Source: Formosa sp. Hel1_33_131 (lineage in GTDB: Bacteria; Bacteroidota; Bacteroidia; Flavobacteriales; Flavobacteriaceae). From it: a DNA stretch of 32,000 bases. Positions 30,245-32,000 of the stretch are shown here, piece by piece. The notes below the pieces were generated by a model, which was not told the origin of the DNA, ran no database searches, and saw nothing but the letters and a program-made list of their open reading frames with translations. The DNA lies in the NCBI RefSeq assembly GCF_001735745.1, contig NZ_CP017260.1:450001-482000 (forward strand). Reading direction: 5' to 3'. Position 1 is the stretch's first letter, and each line of letters opens with the position of its first letter. The translations under genes and the position numbers were made by a program.

Positions 30245-30676
30245 ATGAATAAAAAAGAAGCTTTAAAGATTTTAAACGATAATGCTGCTACAGAAAATGA
30301 CAGCTATCTTTACTTTATACATGAAGAAGGATGCTTTGACGAATTTTCTTTTTGGGAATTTTACAATGCTATAAAAGTATTAGGACATGAATTTAAAGAT
30401 GAAAAAAAACTGTCAAGAGAATTAATGAAAAAAATAATTAAGAGCTATGAATGGTATTTAATTTTAATTGGATTTCATTTTGACCCAAATGACAAAAGTA
30501 GAATCGATCATTTACCAGAAAATTATTCTCAATACAGTTTGAGGTTGAGAAATGCAATAACTAGTTTTATAGATGGAAACCCTATCACGAACGAATTAGA
30601 GGAAGTTCTTAATAATGATTTAAAAAATAAAACGAAAGTTTTTAAAAAAGTTGATTATAATAAATCAAATATGTAA
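30245..30676 (+). CDS. Hypothetical cytoplasmic all-alpha protein (immunity-protein-like, family not recognised)
   Basis: 143 aa with no signal peptide or TM helix. AT-rich codon usage like the islands. No motif I can name. Confidence 0.45.
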   Translation: MNKKEALKILNDNAATENDSYLYFIHEEGCFDEFSFWEFYNAIKVLGHEFKDEKKLSRELMKKIIKSYEWYLILIGFHFDPNDKSRIDHLPENYSQYSLRLRNAITSFIDGNPITNELEEVLNNDLKNKTKVFKKVDYNKSNM

Positions 30677-30714
30677 ATTTATAAAAATGTGAATTTCAGT
30701 ACATACGAAATCAC

Positions 30715-30722
30715 TAATTTTG
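30715..30722 (+). promoter_or_regulatory. -7 box TAATTTTG upstream of dgkA
   Basis: Matches TAnnTTTG, 44 nt before the ATG at 30767. This supports the shorter dgkA start. Confidence 0.4.
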
Positions 30723-30766
30723 CAAACAAGTACCCAATACTAATATTACAAAAAATAAAGAATAGA

Positions 30767-31135
30767 ATGATATTATTTATAAAAGGAAGGCTTCAAAGTT
30801 TTAAATATGCCTTTAGAGGTTTGTTTTTATTATTAAAAACAGAGCACAGCATCATGGCCCAAACCTTCGTTTTTTCGTTAACCATTTTACTGGGTTTTAT
30901 CGTTGGCATTTCTAAACAAGATTGGATCAATCAAATCATTGCGATGGGATTGGTTATGAGCATAGAAGGCATGAATACGGCCGTTGAAAAATTAGCCGAT
31001 TTTGTACATAAAGAAAACCACCCTAAAATAGGATTCATAAAAGACATTTCAGCAGGAGCAGTTACTTTTGCTGCACTCACATTCATAGTCATTTTTGCAA
31101 TAACCTATCTCCCCTATATCATAAATCGAACCTAA
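30767..31135 (+). CDS. dgkA: Diacylglycerol kinase family protein (DgkA)
   Basis: 122 aa from the internal ATG. SFKYAFRGL...EHS N-terminus, three TM helices and MNTAVE. Confidence 0.85.
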   Translation: MILFIKGRLQSFKYAFRGLFLLLKTEHSIMAQTFVFSLTILLGFIVGISKQDWINQIIAMGLVMSIEGMNTAVEKLADFVHKENHPKIGFIKDISAGAVTFAALTFIVIFAITYLPYIINRT

Positions 31136-31138
31136 AAA

Positions 31139-32000
31139 ATGAAAAAAAACAGCCGCTTATCTACCTACAAAAACTTTATTTTACAATTCATACTCATTTC
31201 CTTTAGTGTCCGATGTGTGTTTTATGTTTGGTCCTTCTCAGAAATTGATTTTTCCATACTCAATTTTTTTCGAGTTCTGTTCACTGGATTATTTTTTGAC
31301 ATTGGGGTGATTTCGTTTTTTGTAATCCTATACACTCTTTATTTAATACTGTTTCCCAACAAATGGATTGGCAGTCTTGTGGATAAATCATGTACCTATG
31401 TCTTTTATTTTTTAACAACCCTCATACTCACCTTCTCATTTTTTGCAGAACTGACATTTTGGGAAGAATTTCAGAACAGATTTAATTTCATTGCCGTGGA
31501 TTATTTAATCTACACCTATGAAGTCGTGCAAAACATCAATGAATCCTATCCAATCCCCTTACTGTTATTTGTAGTGTTTGTCTTGGTGTTTTTACAATAT
31601 TATATTCTAAAAAAACAGAACGTTTTTAAAAATACATTTTCCTCCAAAAGAACTTCAAAAGACCGAATCTTACTAGTTACTGTCTTAATAATTCCTTTTT
31701 TGTACGGGGCTTATATAGACAATAATGATGCAGAATGGTCAAAGAATCGCTATGAAAATGAAATCTCAAAAGCTGGCATTTACTCCTTCTTTTCAGCTTT
31801 TAAAAACAACGAATTGAATTATACCGACTTCTATAAGACACAGGATTTAGAGCTATCTTTTAGAAAATTAAAAGGAAATTTAAACACCCCAAACGACACC
31901 CTTTTTTCTGAAGATAAACACAGCATCTCAAGAACAGTAAAAGCTTACAATCCAGAAACAAAACCCAATGTAATTTTCATCTGTTTAGAAAGTTTTAATG
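31139..32000 (+). CDS. LTA synthase / sulfatase family membrane protein (5' part, runs off the window)
   Basis: Open frame with no stop to the window end, and absent from the ORF track. Multi-TM N-terminus with FWEEFQNRFNFIAVDYLIYTYEV. The sulfatase domain begins at NVIFICLESF. Confidence 0.7.
   Translation, partial: MKKNSRLSTYKNFILQFILISFSVRCVFYVWSFSEIDFSILNFFRVLFTGLFFDIGVISFFVILYTLYLILFPNKWIGSLVDKSCTYVFYFLTTLILTFSFFAELTFWEEFQNRFNFIAVDYLIYTYEVVQNINESYPIPLLLFVVFVLVFLQYYILKKQNVFKNTFSSKRTSKDRILLVTVLIIPFLYGAYIDNNDAEWSKNRYENEISKAGIYSFFSAFKNNELNYTDFYKTQDLELSFRKLKGNLNTPNDTLFSEDKHSISRTVKAYNPETKPNVIFICLESFN

Overview
The window looks like a Flavobacteriia-type (Bacteroidota) chromosome. Supporting signs are TAnnTTTG -7 promoter boxes, a T9SS C-terminal sorting domain, a CarboxypepD_reg-type TonB-dependent receptor paired with a DUF4249 lipoprotein, and no Shine-Dalgarno use. 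Positions 1-23.2 kb are tightly packed housekeeping genes (ligA, prmC, ribD, dnaA, mltG, dapF, htrA-like, gap, trmD, rplS, monomeric icd, TBDR, murQ). Positions ~23.2-30.7 kb are a visibly more AT-rich accessory region. Hand counts of 60-nt lines gave 14/60, 19/60 and 16/60 G+C there versus 26/60 in icd. No integrase or transposase is visible in this region. It is split by three direct copies of one module: a promoter-like TTTG/TAnnTTTA pair, then an invariant 22-nt core AGACCTCAAATCTGATTCTTCA. The first copy abuts the stop codon of a small membrane-protein gene. The second copy carries a decayed duplicate of that gene's last 16 codons. Inside the first island the two ORFs are bounded by homologous imperfect-inverted-repeat elements. 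The outer heptamers of these elements are reverse complements of the sequence at the 5' edge of the same ORF unit, an integron-cassette-like geometry. They do not fit the canonical attC consensus and no intI is in view. I consider this att-like, promoter-bearing repeat array with cassette-like units the most interesting candidate for an undescribed gene-capture arrangement. This remains a hypothesis that needs comparative genomics. Core-like composition resumes at dgkA and a partial LTA-synthase/sulfatase gene at the 3' edge.
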